Positions 12,386 through 24,539 of a stretch of DNA of 64,000 bases are shown piece after piece (position 1 is the first letter of the stretch; each line of letters starts with the position of its first letter). This stretch comes from Lophium mytilinum (Eukaryota): the NCBI GenBank assembly GCA_010093605.1, contig MU004188.1, forward strand, positions 499,673 through 563,672, in the 5' to 3' direction. Below the pieces are notes generated by a model. The model was not told the origin of the DNA, searched no databases, and worked only from the letters and a program-made list of their open reading frames with translations. The translations under genes were made by a program, and so were the position numbers.

Positions 12386-13392
12386 TGCACAAGGGGGATT
12401 CGGCAAATAGCCTATATGGGATGGCATTGGTTATACTGGTGGCCGGAAAGTGGCCAATCCGCACCGGCCACACCATGATGAGATGAGTCCTGCGAGCGTT
12501 TCCGGTCGATTAGTGGTGCGTTTGAGGTCGTGCTTGTGATCATGTTTGAGGTTGGATTAGAGGTCTAGCTGTCAGGGTTCTGCCTAATTTAGCTTCCGCT
12601 TTTCCAAGATACTTCATGGTTAGATCTGGCGCTAGCTGAAACAGTCTCCTTAAGCGAGAGGCTGCGGGCCGAACCAGGACTCGAAAAATTTGATCCTACC
12701 TTTGTACCTTTGTATTTATCAACCATGTGCCTATGATACGGCTCAAAAGACACTTAACGCTGGCGATAAGGTAGCTTCGAATCCGCCTATAGGGAAGTTC
12801 GAAGTTGTCCTGCAGCCTGACGCGTATTTACGAAGTTACCTTAGTAGGAGAAAACGAGCGTATGATATACGATCTAACAGGGCTGCTCGTGCAGTATCAT
12901 CGGCTCCACTGCTCTTCGATCCCATCATTATCGGCTCGTTTCCGGCGGAATACGTTGATGCTACCTTGCGTACCAACAAGCGTATTTCCGTGCTCCCAAA
13001 TGAAATCAGAAGTATCTGGAGTAAACAGCCTATTGGGTGTATTGTCAGGAAGCCGAACCGGCCCCCAAGCGGCAGCATGGCTAAGCCTCAGAGCCCGCAG
13101 CGGGGTTTGAGCTTCAAGGCGCTCTCAGCCGTTCAACAAGCATGTCGCATACCCTTCGACCTTTACTTGCTTGATCGCACTGGTTATGAAAGGGGCCGAA
13201 TCAGACTCCCAGAGCCACTTAAAGAGTCCCAAATTCTGGTGCGCCTATTACCGTGGATTGGCTACCGGCATACGACAATTCCAAGTCACTCTCAGCCCTC
13301 AGCCTTGACCTCCATCCTCAGTCCTCTCACTGCAGCTCTCGCATAATTCTTGAGGCCCTCCATCATTTGTAGCCGCCTAGAACGTCGTCCCA

Positions 13393-16300
13393 ATGTCTGT
13401 TTTGCTAGAAAGTGCTTCACGACTGAAGCCCGAGATTCGACTGGCTCAAGCTGTTCACCAGTTCAAAGAAGACCTTTCGAGCGAGCAGAAAGCTACCTTC
13501 CGTACCAATGAGTCCTCACCTCCGGACCCCAGCGATGTCATGCGACTCACAGCTGAGATTGACCGCCGGGCGGCTCAAAAAAGAGGCGTCCGCTCTTTTG
13601 GACCTTGCTTCACATATTTCCTACAGGCAGTCCAGCAATTTGCTGCGCTGGGGGACGTTGTTGTAGGAGGCTCCCAGAATATGATTGCATGTAGCGTCTG
13701 GTCACTGGTGCGGATGTCATTACTCGTTCGTATTTCAGCCCTCCCCGACTACCTTCTCTACTGATATCATGAATAGGCCATTGTAAACTTCTCGACATAT
13801 CTTGAGAAATTTTCGACCCTTTTCATGGCTATTGGTCGCTCAGCACCACGTTACCAAGATATGGCCCTACTGTATCCTCGATCCAAACGTTTACAAACAC
13901 AACTATCTGAATACTTCATTGTGGTAGTTGGCCTATGTCACCGGCTGTTGAAGTTTACTCAGAAGTCGGCAATCAGACAGATTGTATCTAGCCTTAGCGA
14001 CTCAGACTTAAAGACATTTCAATCTGAGCTTGATATCTGGGCAAACTCAATCAAAGACGAGATAACCTTGCTAGTGGCGAGCAAGGTCGAGGAAGAAGCT
14101 CAAGGGAACTCCCACTTTAGGATTCGATCCAACAGGTTTTACAGATCCGCATCCCACCAGCAAAAGCTAGCCACAAATCTACGGGTCCTCGGGTTTTGCT
14201 CAAAATATGACCACGAGACGACATGGAAACAGACTCGAAAGGTCGGAAACACAGCTCTTTTCAGTCAAATCGCCGAATACAAGGAGTGGAAAAGCAAAGC
14301 TACGTCCTGCACACTCATATATACGGGCAAGTTAGGGTCGGGGAAGTCCGTTATGCTTGCGAATATTGTCGACGACCTACATCTTTACCATGGAGGTAAG
14401 GATATTGCAGTAGCCTACTTCTTTTGCAGACACGACATTCCCGAGAGCTTGACGGCGCAGACAGTTACTGGCTCTCTAGCGCGACAGTTGTTACGAACGA
14501 TACCAGACCTTGCTATGGTAGCAGACTCGTGCGAAAGTACCACTTCAGCCCCGGATTTCGAGGATGTACTGAATCTACTACGTCGCGCCTTTCCACCCCA
14601 TCGCAAAGCGTACTTCGTTCTTGACGGGCTAGACGAATGCGACCGTTCCCAGAGAGAGACGCTAGTTCAACAACTCTGCATGCTCCAAGAAACCCTTACG
14701 CTACTTGTCTGTGTCTCGTTCAGACTTGAGCCAAACACCGCGTTAGAGTTACAGCCCCAACAGTTCGCTGCTGCTACTACAGCTACCATCCCTGATGACA
14801 ACCCTGATATCGAGGGATTCATTGAGGCGGAGTTAGCGAGATGTCTTGAGTGCAGGAAGCTGGTATTAGGGGACCCTGCTCTGATACTAGAGATACAACA
14901 TGCTCTCTTGGACGGCTCCAAAGGAATGTTTCTATGGGTGGCTCTCCAAATCCAAACCTTGTGTGACAAGAATACAGATCAAGACATCCGCGAAACTTTA
15001 GCGGATCTTCCTAAAGACCTCTCAGAAACATTTTCTCGGATTCTACGGCGATCGCAAGTATCGGGGAAGTCTTACCAAAGACAGATACTACAGCTCGTCA
15101 CAGTAGCCTACCGATACTTGACATTGGACGAGCTTCGAGAAGCTTTAGGCGTAGTTCCAGGAGACGAAGTTTGGAACCCTTCAAGGCTCCCGAACGACGT
15201 TTACTCGACGCTGGCTTGCTGCGGATGTCTCCTCATGGTTGACGAAGAGGAGTCCACTGTACGATTCGTACACCATAGCGTCAAGCAGTTCCTCCTGGGT
15301 GGATTTCATGACTCAACCAATACACCTTTCACGCTTGACAGCGCACAGAAGACGATGGCAGATATTGTTATCACCTACCTCAACTACGGTGTCTTTGGAA
15401 CCGAACTATCCACAATGAAAGTCCCACAGATGAATACAGCATTGGCACCGTCCAGCATCATTCGTTCAACTCAGGGGCCTTCAAGCACTGTTCAAAGTCT
15501 TGCTTTGAAGTACTTAAAGTTGAGAAAGCACCCTGACTTCGATATTAGCAAGAATCTTGCAGAAGCGGGTAAATCGTTCCAGGCACATTCGGTGGACGCG
15601 TTTTTTTTCTACTCTTACGCAAAGATGTACTGGATACAACATGTCCAGTACTTTTCGGAACAAGAGCTAGTCGTATGTGACTTGCTGCTCAAAATTTCGA
15701 AAGGGAAGGCAAGGCAGACGATCATTACTAATGAAGAGGGCAACACCCTGCTGGGGTGGGCAGTGACAGTGGGGTATGGAGCCGTAGTCGAGCTGCTGCT
15801 CGAGACGGGCAAGATCGACCTCGAATCTGGGGGTGAGCTGCTATTTTGGGCAGTAAAGAACGGGCACGACACCGTGGTAAAGCAGCTGCTAGCGATGGGT
15901 AAGGCTGATGTTAACTCCATGGACATAGATAATGATACGCCGCTGTTATGGGCGGCTAAGAACGGGCACGAAGCAGTGGTAGAGCTGCTACTCGGGACCG
16001 GCCAGGTCAACGTTGATTTCTCGTACAATGAATATCGTGAAACACCCCTGGAGCAGGCGGCTACGAGTGGACACGAGGCTGTTGTTAAGTTGCTGATTGA
16101 AGCCAAGGCCGACGTTAACAAGACCTCGAAGGCTGAATCCCGTCAGACACCGCTATTTCGGGCAGTTCAGAGAGGGCACAAGGCTGTAGTAAAGCTGCTA
16201 CTCGAGGCCAAGGCCGACATCGAATCTAAGGACCACTCCACCAATCGGACGCCGCTATCTTGGGCAGCTGAGGACGGACGAGAGGCTGTTGTCAGGTTGC

Positions 16301-17136
16301 TGCTGGAGGCTAAGGCCGACGTCAACTCCAAGGATATGCACGAATGGACGCCGCTATCTTGGGCAGTTAGATACGGGCGAGTGGATGTTGTTAAGCTGCT
16401 GCTCGAGGTGAAGGCCGACGTCAACTCTAAGGATAAATCCGGACGTACGCCGCTATCTTGGGCAGCTGAGGACGGGCGAGAGGTTGTTGTTAAGCTGCTA
16501 CTCGAGGCTAAGGCCGACGTCAACTCCAAAGATATGCACGGATGGACGCCGCTATCTTGGGCAGCTAAGGACGGGCGAGAGGCTGTTGTTAAGCTGCTGA
16601 TTGAGGTGAAGGCCGACGTTAACTCTAAGGATGAATTCGGACGTACGCCGCTATCTTGGGCAGCTAAGGACGGGCGACCAGCTGTTATCAAGCTGCTGCT
16701 CGAGGCTAAGGCCGACGTCAACTCCATAGATATGCACGGATGGACGCCGCTATCTTGGGCAGCTAAGGACGGGCGAGAGGTTGTTGTTAAGCTGTTGCTT
16801 GAGGTGAAGGCCGACGTCAACTCTAAGGATAAATCCGGACGTACGCCGCTGTCTTGGGCGGCTGGGAACGGGCACGAGGCTGTAGTAAAACTGCTGCTAG
16901 CAACGGGTAGGGCTGAAGTCGACTCTGAGGATAGATACGGATATACGCCGCTATCTTGGGCAGCTGAGAACGGGCGCGAGGCTGTAGTAAAACTGCTGCT
17001 AGCAACGGGTAGGGCTGAGGTCGACTCTGAGGATAGATTCGGAGATACGCCGCAATCACGGGCGACAAAATCGGGGCATAAGGTCATTGCAGAGCTGCTG
17101 CAATCACACCTTGACTTTGCTGGCACGGCTGGGTAG
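13393..17136 (+). CDS. NLR-like protein: N-terminal helical domain + NACHT + about 14 ankyrin repeats
   Basis: Intron 13726-13776 joins ORFs 13393 and 13825 in frame. Walker A GKLGSGKS, Walker B YFVLDGLDE, GMFLWVALQI, LPKDLSETFSRIL, VRFVHHSVKQFL, then TPLSWAAxxGxxxVVKLLL ankyrin units. Confidence 0.94.
16243..17100 (+). repeat. Highly conserved coding ankyrin tandem array (99-bp then 102-bp units)
   Basis: Anchor ACGCCGC(TATCTTGGGC) recurs at 16249, 16348, 16447, 16546, 16645, 16744 and 16843 (99-bp period), then 16945 and 17047 (102-bp period). Confidence 0.95.
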
Positions 17137-18814
17137 GATCGATCGCCTCCTCGCTACCCACCACCTACTACCCAATCATATAATCTTTTCATGGTATATA
17201 ATGGATTCAAGGCAGCGATATATTCTAACAAGCCAGCGAAGGTCTCGGTCAAGGGTGCTATCTGCGACCTCGTCTCGTATTCAACAGTCTTGTACTGGAT
17301 GGCTGGAGTTGGCTTCGACCGGTTCAGATTGATGCTTCACTGAAGGGACGACATGGAAGCTGAACGCCGATTCGAGCGACAAATCCAGCTCTGCCCATGG
17401 ATACTTAGTACTGTGCCCTGGTTCTCTTTCTTATCTCATCGATGTTGAAGGGCGAACAGGCTGGTCCTATTTCCTACAATTACCATTTCGTCTGGAGTTG
17501 GTTATAGCAATCCATACATCTTGTCTTTTCTCCATATTCTTCAGGTAGATCTGACGAACTATGCATAATTGCATATCGCCCGTCCGACCCCAGCTTCAAC
17601 TCTTAGGCACCCTATCTACGCACCGAAATCTTCGACGCCTTCTCATTTGCCGCACTTGGCACGCCCTCTGCCTACATCTAAAGACCCGTAGCCAGTCTGA
17701 TGGATATCAAGCGTACTGGAGAAGATACGAGTAAACACCAAATGGCCTCGTTCCTGCAGACATGGACATGCATGGACATGCTTTGTCATACTCCGCGGGA
17801 TACCCAGTGGGGATGGAGCTCCGAAGGCCCGAACTTCGAAGCAGTCCATTTTAGCTGGAAGGGGCGGCGAAAGGGTACGTTCCGCTAAATGCCTACTCTA
17901 AATTGCCATAGCTTGGCGTGAGAACCGAGAGACACCGTCGCGAAGTGCTACCGTTCGGGATTGAGTCGAAGTGTTACAAAGAGTTCCAGGTCTAACCGTA
18001 CAACAGCCTTGCGGTATACGAGGCATGCACATGGCGGGCCCTTTGAGTAGGTATTTCAAAGATTTGACTTTCCTTTTCAGTGCTGCGACAATAGAATGAG
18101 GAGAGATGGAGGGCTTTTGTCCTCGGTCTCGATCGTCTTTCTACAAGGAGTTATAGATCCGACTGTTCAACGAGTCTTATGGTACACGCGGCGTGGACGC
18201 GGAATTATTCGGTGTGGTGGTATCTCGTCCCAAATTCATGGCTTCGAAATCGGGTCAGCATTTGACATGTCGAGCTTGAGCCCATGAAACAATTTGAAGT
18301 ACCAGCCTCACGTATATACGGTCTGCCGTTGCATGAAGTAACATTTCAAGCACCGTGATAGGAATTTACGCAGTCAATAAACGAAAATCACGTGTCGACC
18401 ACGTGCTCGCCACGTGCTACAGCCTGAGGTTGATTTCGGCCGTTTTAGTAGTCTTAAGGTGGATAGGTAGCAGCTGGACGCTGGATATGATCTGACTACA
18501 GTTATTGCATTCTCTGATCTATGTTGTGACCCAGCATGACTTACGACGATAGCGGAGACAGCTAGGATCGAGCCGGGCTGCCAGTGTCTGTGGTACCTCA
18601 GCGAAGTCAAAGCTTGATCTCCTTGATGAGATTCCGTTGTATCCAGAATCTTGAAAACGCATTGGAGTGCTCTTGGCGGTGGTAGAACAGCGTGCTTGCA
18701 TGGAACTGACTTGAAATATCACAGCCCGGTGTATCATATACCAAGCTATACCGCTGAAACCCTCTCCTCAACGCCAACGCCCAGATGAAAACCTTCTGCT
18801 CCAAATTCTAGATC

Positions 18815-19549
18815 TCAGCCCCTGAGGGCTTGGAGTCGTCCCTTCATCTCCTTTAATTCTTCCTCGTTGTTCTCCTCCGTGACAGGCACTGTCGGTACGC
18901 TATCCACAGGCTTCTCCGCACTCGCCGGCAGCCGGTCCTTCAGGATCTCACCCAGTATCTTGTCCACTTCCGCCTCGGCCGCATCATCCTCGCCCTCCAA
19001 CAGCTCGCTATCCGGTAAACTGTCCCCCACCATCTCCTCAATGATCCCCGCCCGCACCAGCTCCTGACTCAGCTCTCTCATTGTGCCGGTCAACTCTGGC
19101 AGCCGCACCAGTGAATTCACATCTTTCATGATGCCTGTGCTCGCGCGAAGACTACCCTCGATCTTGCGCACCGAGAAGGCCTCATTGACTTGCATCTGCA
19201 CGCTCTGTAGCTGGGCCTTGCCTGTTAGGAGGCGGCTGTTCTGTTTCCGGATAGTGATGAGGCTGCGAGCGAATTCGCGAGTGGCATCTCGCTCACGTAT
19301 GGCTGCGCCGGAGTTGGGAGAGGCCCTTTGGGCGCGCTTCGAGTGTTCCACGATTAGAGCTTTGGCCTTGGTTTCGGCGGTTTTGAAGCCCTGGATTTCG
19401 CGTTCGAGTTTGCGGACGTTGGAGCGGACGAGGGCGTTGCATTTCCGTTTCTGAATCAGTTGATTAGCTGTGGTTGGTAGAGTAAGAGATGTAGTAGGCA
19501 CCTGTTCTTCTGGAGTGGGCTTCCAGAGGAGACCACGGATGGTCTCCAT
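18815..19549 (-). CDS. VPS24: ESCRT-III subunit Vps24 (Snf7 family)
   Basis: KAQLQSVQMQVNEAFSVRKIEGSLRASTGIMKDVNSLVRLPEL, AGIIEEM and C-terminal MKGRLQALRG. One in-frame, stop-free 51-nt intron after EEQ. Confidence 0.92.
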   Translation of the reverse strand: METIRGLLWKPTPEEQVPTTSLTLPTTANQLIQKRKCNALVRSNVRKLEREIQGFKTAETKAKALIVEHSKRAQRASPNSGAAIRERDATREFARSLITIRKQNSRLLTGKAQLQSVQMQVNEAFSVRKIEGSLRASTGIMKDVNSLVRLPELTGTMRELSQELVRAGIIEEMVGDSLPDSELLEGEDDAAEAEVDKILGEILKDRLPASAEKPVDSVPTVPVTEENNEEELKEMKGRLQALRG

Positions 19550-20146
19550 GGCGCACCGTGGGTACGGTCAGTGCTGCAAGGCCGGAAGGAAGTTCGGCTG
19601 TGTTTGATGTAGAAATTGGGAAGTGTCTTCACTCTTATGGCGCTTTATGGGAGGCTCCTAGGTGCTATGATGGGTTCGCAGTGAGACTTGTTGGCGCGGG
19701 AGAGTTGCAGCGGGAGCCGCGCCGACCACTGACGTTTGAGGGCGGGGCAGCTCCGACTTCGAGTCTTTCAAGCTGGTCAATTTGTGCGCAAAGAGTGTGC
19801 AAGGCGTGCATATTGTTTCACTCGGAGCACTATGTTCCCTCTGATAATATTCTCAAGTTCCGGCTGCGAAAATGGGGCGCATTTCCTGTCGACGGCGTCA
19901 CGATCGGCTCGCATTTCGATTGCCTTCCACAAACATCTCTCCAGCCTTGAGGCGCTAGTAAAAGGTGCAGCAGCCCTGGACCCTCCTCTACTCCTCTCGT
20001 CTCGTCTGCTTCGACATCTCTCTTCACCAACCACCACTCTCTCACTTACACTGCTACACTCGGCTACCACCTGAGCCTCTCGAGCCAACAACAAAAACAC
20101 CGCCGTCCTCTCTGTGCGACGCCCACACCCCCGCCTTTCCATCAAT

Positions 20147-21011
20147 ATGGCTTCTCAAACCCTCACTCCCGAAGGTAAGCTCCTCTCACTCCCTGACGTC
20201 TATAGCCGCCATGGCCGACGATACAATGTTCTACGTCCGCGTGACTAACATGTTCAAGTCCTCTGGGCTCAGCGGTCTTCCTCCACCGATGCCACCAAGA
20301 ACTACATATATATCAATGTGGTAGTGCCCAACGTTTCAGAGTCAGACCTGAAATTGGATTTGCAACCTACTAAACTCACCTTCACCGGCACTTCCGCCTC
20401 CAAGCACAAGACCTACCACGTTGAGCTGGAGTTCTTTGCCGAGATCGACCCAAAGGAGTCCAAGACCATTAATTCGGGGCAAACTGTCGAGTTGGTGCTG
20501 CGAAAGAAGGAGCTGAACGAGGCATACTGGCCGCGCCTTCTTAAGGACTCGAGGAAGATGCATTTCCTGAAGACCGACTTTAACAAGGTGAGTTTTCAAA
20601 ATCGACTCTTTTCGATGTCGAGTTAGGCTAACATCCGCGCAGTGGGTCCCTGAGGAAGAACAAGACGAGACCCCCGAAGACGACGAGTACATGAACAAGA
20701 TGAACCCCATGGGCGGTGAGGGTGGAGGCGAAGGCGGCTTCGGCGGCATCGATTTCTCGAAGCTCGGCGCCGGTGGCATGGGCGGGATGGGAGGCATGGC
20801 CGGTCTGGAAGGCTTGGGTGGCATGGGCGGCATGGGTGGCCTGCCCGACCTGCAAGACATGGCGGAGAACGGCGAAGACAGCAGCCCGAGCGACGACGAC
20901 GACGATGAGATGCCCGCGCTGGAGGGCGACGACGAGAAGCCTGCTGCCGCTTCCACCACGAAAGAAGCCCCCGCCCCCGCGGCTGCTGCCAAGATCCAGG
21001 AAGTCGAGTAG
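20147..21011 (+). CDS. SBA1: Hsp90 co-chaperone p23 (Sba1/Wos2)
   Basis: MASQTLTPE-VLWAQRS, CS domain with YWPRLLKD...HFLKTDFNKW, and a GGM-rich acidic tail. Two introns. Confidence 0.93.
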
Positions 21012-21446
21012 ATATTCCGCGCGCATCTCTAGGTTTTGGCGTCTTGAATAGGGGCAGCGCGTCTTTCTTGACAAAAGACTAGGTGGGAGTCAAAAATAGG
21101 GTAATGGTCTGATTGCAAGTGGCGGTGGGTGGTACATGCTTTTTCATCATCGTGGGAGACGGCTTGGACTGTTGTGGATTGAGATCAAGCTTTGTGATAT
21201 ATGCCCTAGCAAGTAGTCCTCTATTGAACGACTGATCAATCTCTCCTAATATCTTATGCACATGGCTGAATGCTTATAACAACTCTATTATCGAGATATG
21301 TCAATCTCCTCTCGCTCTCTATGCTGACGTCTAAATGCTTATGACTGGTCCTCTATTTAACGATATGGCAACCTCCTCTCATTGCCCATCCTGAGCCAGA
21401 CGACTGCTGTAAATGCCCACCCCTAACGCCCGTGACTAGCCTACCT

Positions 21447-22444
21447 CTATATCCCGTCTACCACCGGCTCCACATTCTCCTTCTCCTTCTCCCCACCCAC
21501 CTCAATGCCGTAACTCGCATACGGAAACCCCTCCAACGTCTCCAACAACCGCGCCCACCCATCATCCAACTCCCCCGGCTGCCCCTTCACCCTCACCCCC
21601 TCCACCCTCGCCACCCCATCCACCTCCTCATCCACATGCGCCCCCGTCAACCCCGCCAACACCTCCCTCTCCCGCCCTCTATACTCCTCCCGCAACCCCG
21701 GATGCGGACACCACACCACCTGCATTCCCGCTCTTCTTCCACTCTCCACCCCCGGCACGCTGTCCTCAAACACCAGACACTCCTCCGGCCTGACCTCCAC
21801 CTCCCCCTTCGCCCGCAGATCCACATTGATCGTCTCCAGCGCCAGCAAATAGATATCCGGCGCCGGCTTCCCGCGCCCCTTGGCGATGCGCGGGTCGTCG
21901 CCGAGCACGCGGTGGCGCTGGGCGAAGACGGCGAAGAGGTCCGCGAGGTGGTTCGTCTTGAGGTGGAAGTTTGCCTCGTGGGAGGAGGTGGCGAGGGCGA
22001 TGTGGGTGGAGGAGGTGGAGAGAGTGCGCAGTAGGGCGGGCACGCCGGGGAGCGGTTTTGTGCTGGGGAAGTGCTGGCGCTGCAGGGCGGAGATTTTGGC
22101 GGTGAAGTCGGCGGGGGAGATGGGGAGGTGTGCCCATTCTTGGAAGATGCGTTGGGACTGGAAGGGGTGTTAGAAGGGGGTGTTGGATAGGGGTGGGGTG
22201 ATGTATGTACTTCGGGGCCGGGGCGGCCTTGGAGTTGGGCTTTTATGCTCCAGGGGAGTTTGGGGCGGCCGTATTCGGCGAGGACGGCGTTGGTGCAGAT
22301 GGAGTAGAGGTCTTCGGAGTCGATTAGGAGGCCGTCCATGTCGAAGAGGCAGGCCCGTATGGGCGGAGGGGTGCTATGGTGGGGTTAGATTTTAGGAGTC
22401 AATTGATTTTGGAGGTGCTCTACGTACTTTGGGGATTTAGACAT
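21447..22444 (-). CDS. HAD-superfamily hydrolase (HDHD1/pseudouridine-5'-phosphatase-like)
   Basis: RACLFDMDGLLIDSEDLY, ALATSS, GKPAPDIYL and CLVFEDSVPGVESGRRAGMQVVW. Two introns. Confidence 0.9.
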
Positions 22445-22660
22445 TTTGTCTGTAGATATACTGAGTAAGTTAGAGCGGAGGTTGAGAATGTAGTGATCGT
22501 GTATGGTGGTGAAGACTATATGCTTCCTTCGAAATAAAATTTATAGCTCAACCACTCGTACGAAGTACTCCGAGCTTCGCACGGACCCCACCTCCCGTGG
22601 TACAACTGACGTCGCCGGAGAGCTTTGGAGCTTCAACAGCTACCACAACCAAACGCGAAC

Positions 22661-23513
22661 ATGGATACTCCCTCAGAAACAGAACCCTCAAAGACCCGCA
22701 ACACCCTCAAACCAGAAGCAGACGAAGAACCAACCTCCGTCCGCTTCTCCCCCGAAGAAGAAGCCGTAAATCCAGCCCCACCATCTTCTTCAATACATTC
22801 TCTGACCTCGCCTTGAGTCTCTCGTCGCAGAAACCACCACGGAGAAAACAACCGCCAATGCCCTCTTCAGCAAAGGCGACTTCTCCTCCGCCATCCAAGG
22901 GTACAACAAAGCCCTAGGCGTATGCCCCACCTACCTCGACTACGACGTCGCCGTCCTCCGCAGTAACATCTCCGCATGCCACCTCAAACTCTTAGACTGG
23001 AAGGCCGCGATTAGCTCTGCCACCGAGGCGTTAGAGGCGCTAGACCGACTCGACCCTCCGCCTAAGAAACCGAAACCTGGCGATGACGCTGCAGAGGCGG
23101 TGGTGGAAGAGGTGGACGACGACACGGCGAGCAAGATCGAGGCCCTGAATCGCAGCGGCCGCTCACGAGACGACATACAAAAGCTCCGCGCGAAAGCACT
23201 GCTTCGACGCGCAAAGGCACGGCAGGAGACGGGGGGATGGGCGTCGTTGCAGGGCGCGGACGAGGATTATAAAGTGTTGGCTGCTATGCCGAACCTGACG
23301 CCGCTGGATAGGAGGACGGTGCAAGATGCGCTGAGGACACTGCCGCCGAGATTGGAAGAGGCGAAGCAGAAGGAGATGGGTGAGATGATGGGGAAGCTGA
23401 AACAGTTAGGGAATGGGATCCTAAAGCCATTTGGACTGTCGACGGATAATTTCAACTTCGTGAAGGATGAGTCGTCGGGTGGGTATAGTATGAACTTTGA
23501 TCAAGGAAGGTAA
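22661..23513 (+). CDS. TPR protein, TTC1-like
   Basis: ANALFSKGDF...VLRSNISACHLKL, KALLRRAKAR, and the C-terminal EMMGKLKQLGNGILKPFGLSTDNF typical of the TTC1 family. One intron. Confidence 0.88.
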
Positions 23514-23876
23514 GAAGAAGGGGGTCCGGTGGAAAGCTGGAGGCGTAACAGCACGAAAAGGTATGGAGCAGGCTTCACGTAGTAATGAAGACGGATCGAA
23601 AGAACGCTCATATACCCGACTGGATCAATGAGCGCAATAAAGGCTGTAGTAGAAGGATGAAATAATCAACGGAAGGGGTGATCAAGTCTAGCTGCATCCA
23701 GGAAGCACGACTGGAAGGTCAAACGTACCCCTCGCTGATTGCTTCCCGTTTTTTCTCCTCACTCAGAACCTTTTGTTAAAGTATAAACACGATTACTTGT
23801 TCTTTTCGCATCACTATCCGCACACATCCTGTCTCCGCTACAACATAACTTCAACCCTTCTCTTCCAACGACAACC

Positions 23877-24272
23877 ATGCCCCCTCTCGACTACGAGCAG
23901 CAGCTATGTTCACACTGCAACGAAAACCACTACATCGTGAACCCAGGCGCAGAAGCCCTCATCTTTGCGGTCCTACAGGAGAAGCAGACGAAGCTGGGAG
24001 AAGACAACGAGGTCATTCTTGCTGTGGAAGTGCTACAGAGTCATACGCAATCGCTTAAATGCCAGATCGCCATTGCGAAGAAGGAACACCAGGCATCGAG
24101 AGATGACATGCAAATTAGGGCGAATGAAAGGGTCGCCTTAATCAAGCGGCGGGAAGCCGAGATTGATTCGGAGACTAAGCAGTTCGAAGCTGAGAGAGAG
24201 GCATGGAGAGTCGCGAGACTGGGTATTATTGAAGCTTTGAAGCCGGTTAGGAAGTACGCTGTGCCACAGTAG
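23877..24272 (+). CDS. Hypothetical 131-aa coiled-coil protein with N-terminal CxxC
   Basis: ATG in good context (ACAACCATG), upstream TATAAA near 23782 and a pyrimidine-rich leader, helical charged composition. No family recognised. Confidence 0.5.
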   Translation: MPPLDYEQQLCSHCNENHYIVNPGAEALIFAVLQEKQTKLGEDNEVILAVEVLQSHTQSLKCQIAIAKKEHQASRDDMQIRANERVALIKRREAEIDSETKQFEAEREAWRVARLGIIEALKPVRKYAVPQ

Positions 24273-24539
24273 GGTGACCGTTCGGGGTGCACTGACGATG
24301 GATGGTACACTACACACCGCGGAAAGCTGCACAGGGTGAAGGGCACATCATTCATCAATTCCCAGCACTGTGTAGTGTATACATGTAATGCAATACCATC
24401 CCATCCCTTGATCTTTGTATCATCACGTGCGTCCCACTTTCCCCAGAATGTTCAGCCTTATGGCGCTAACCACCATGCCTAAATCTTAACTTTATCCAAC
24501 CACTTCCTCCAAACTCTATTGCCATCCACAACACCCACG

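Noticed and set aside
12690..13346. 218-aa ORF between the 4-TM gene and the NACHT gene
   Set aside because: TTG start, no recognisable motif or codon bias, and no amyloid-like motif. Treated as promoter or decayed DNA.
16243..17100. Regularly spaced repeats resembling a CRISPR array
   Set aside because: Eukaryotic context. The units are in-frame ankyrin codons without unique spacers.
15615..17126. Long antisense ORFs over the ankyrin array
   Set aside because: Shadow frames of the repetitive sense coding sequence.
17300..18800. Short ORFs downstream of the NACHT gene
   Set aside because: Could not be assembled into a gene or assigned to a family. Possibly relics.
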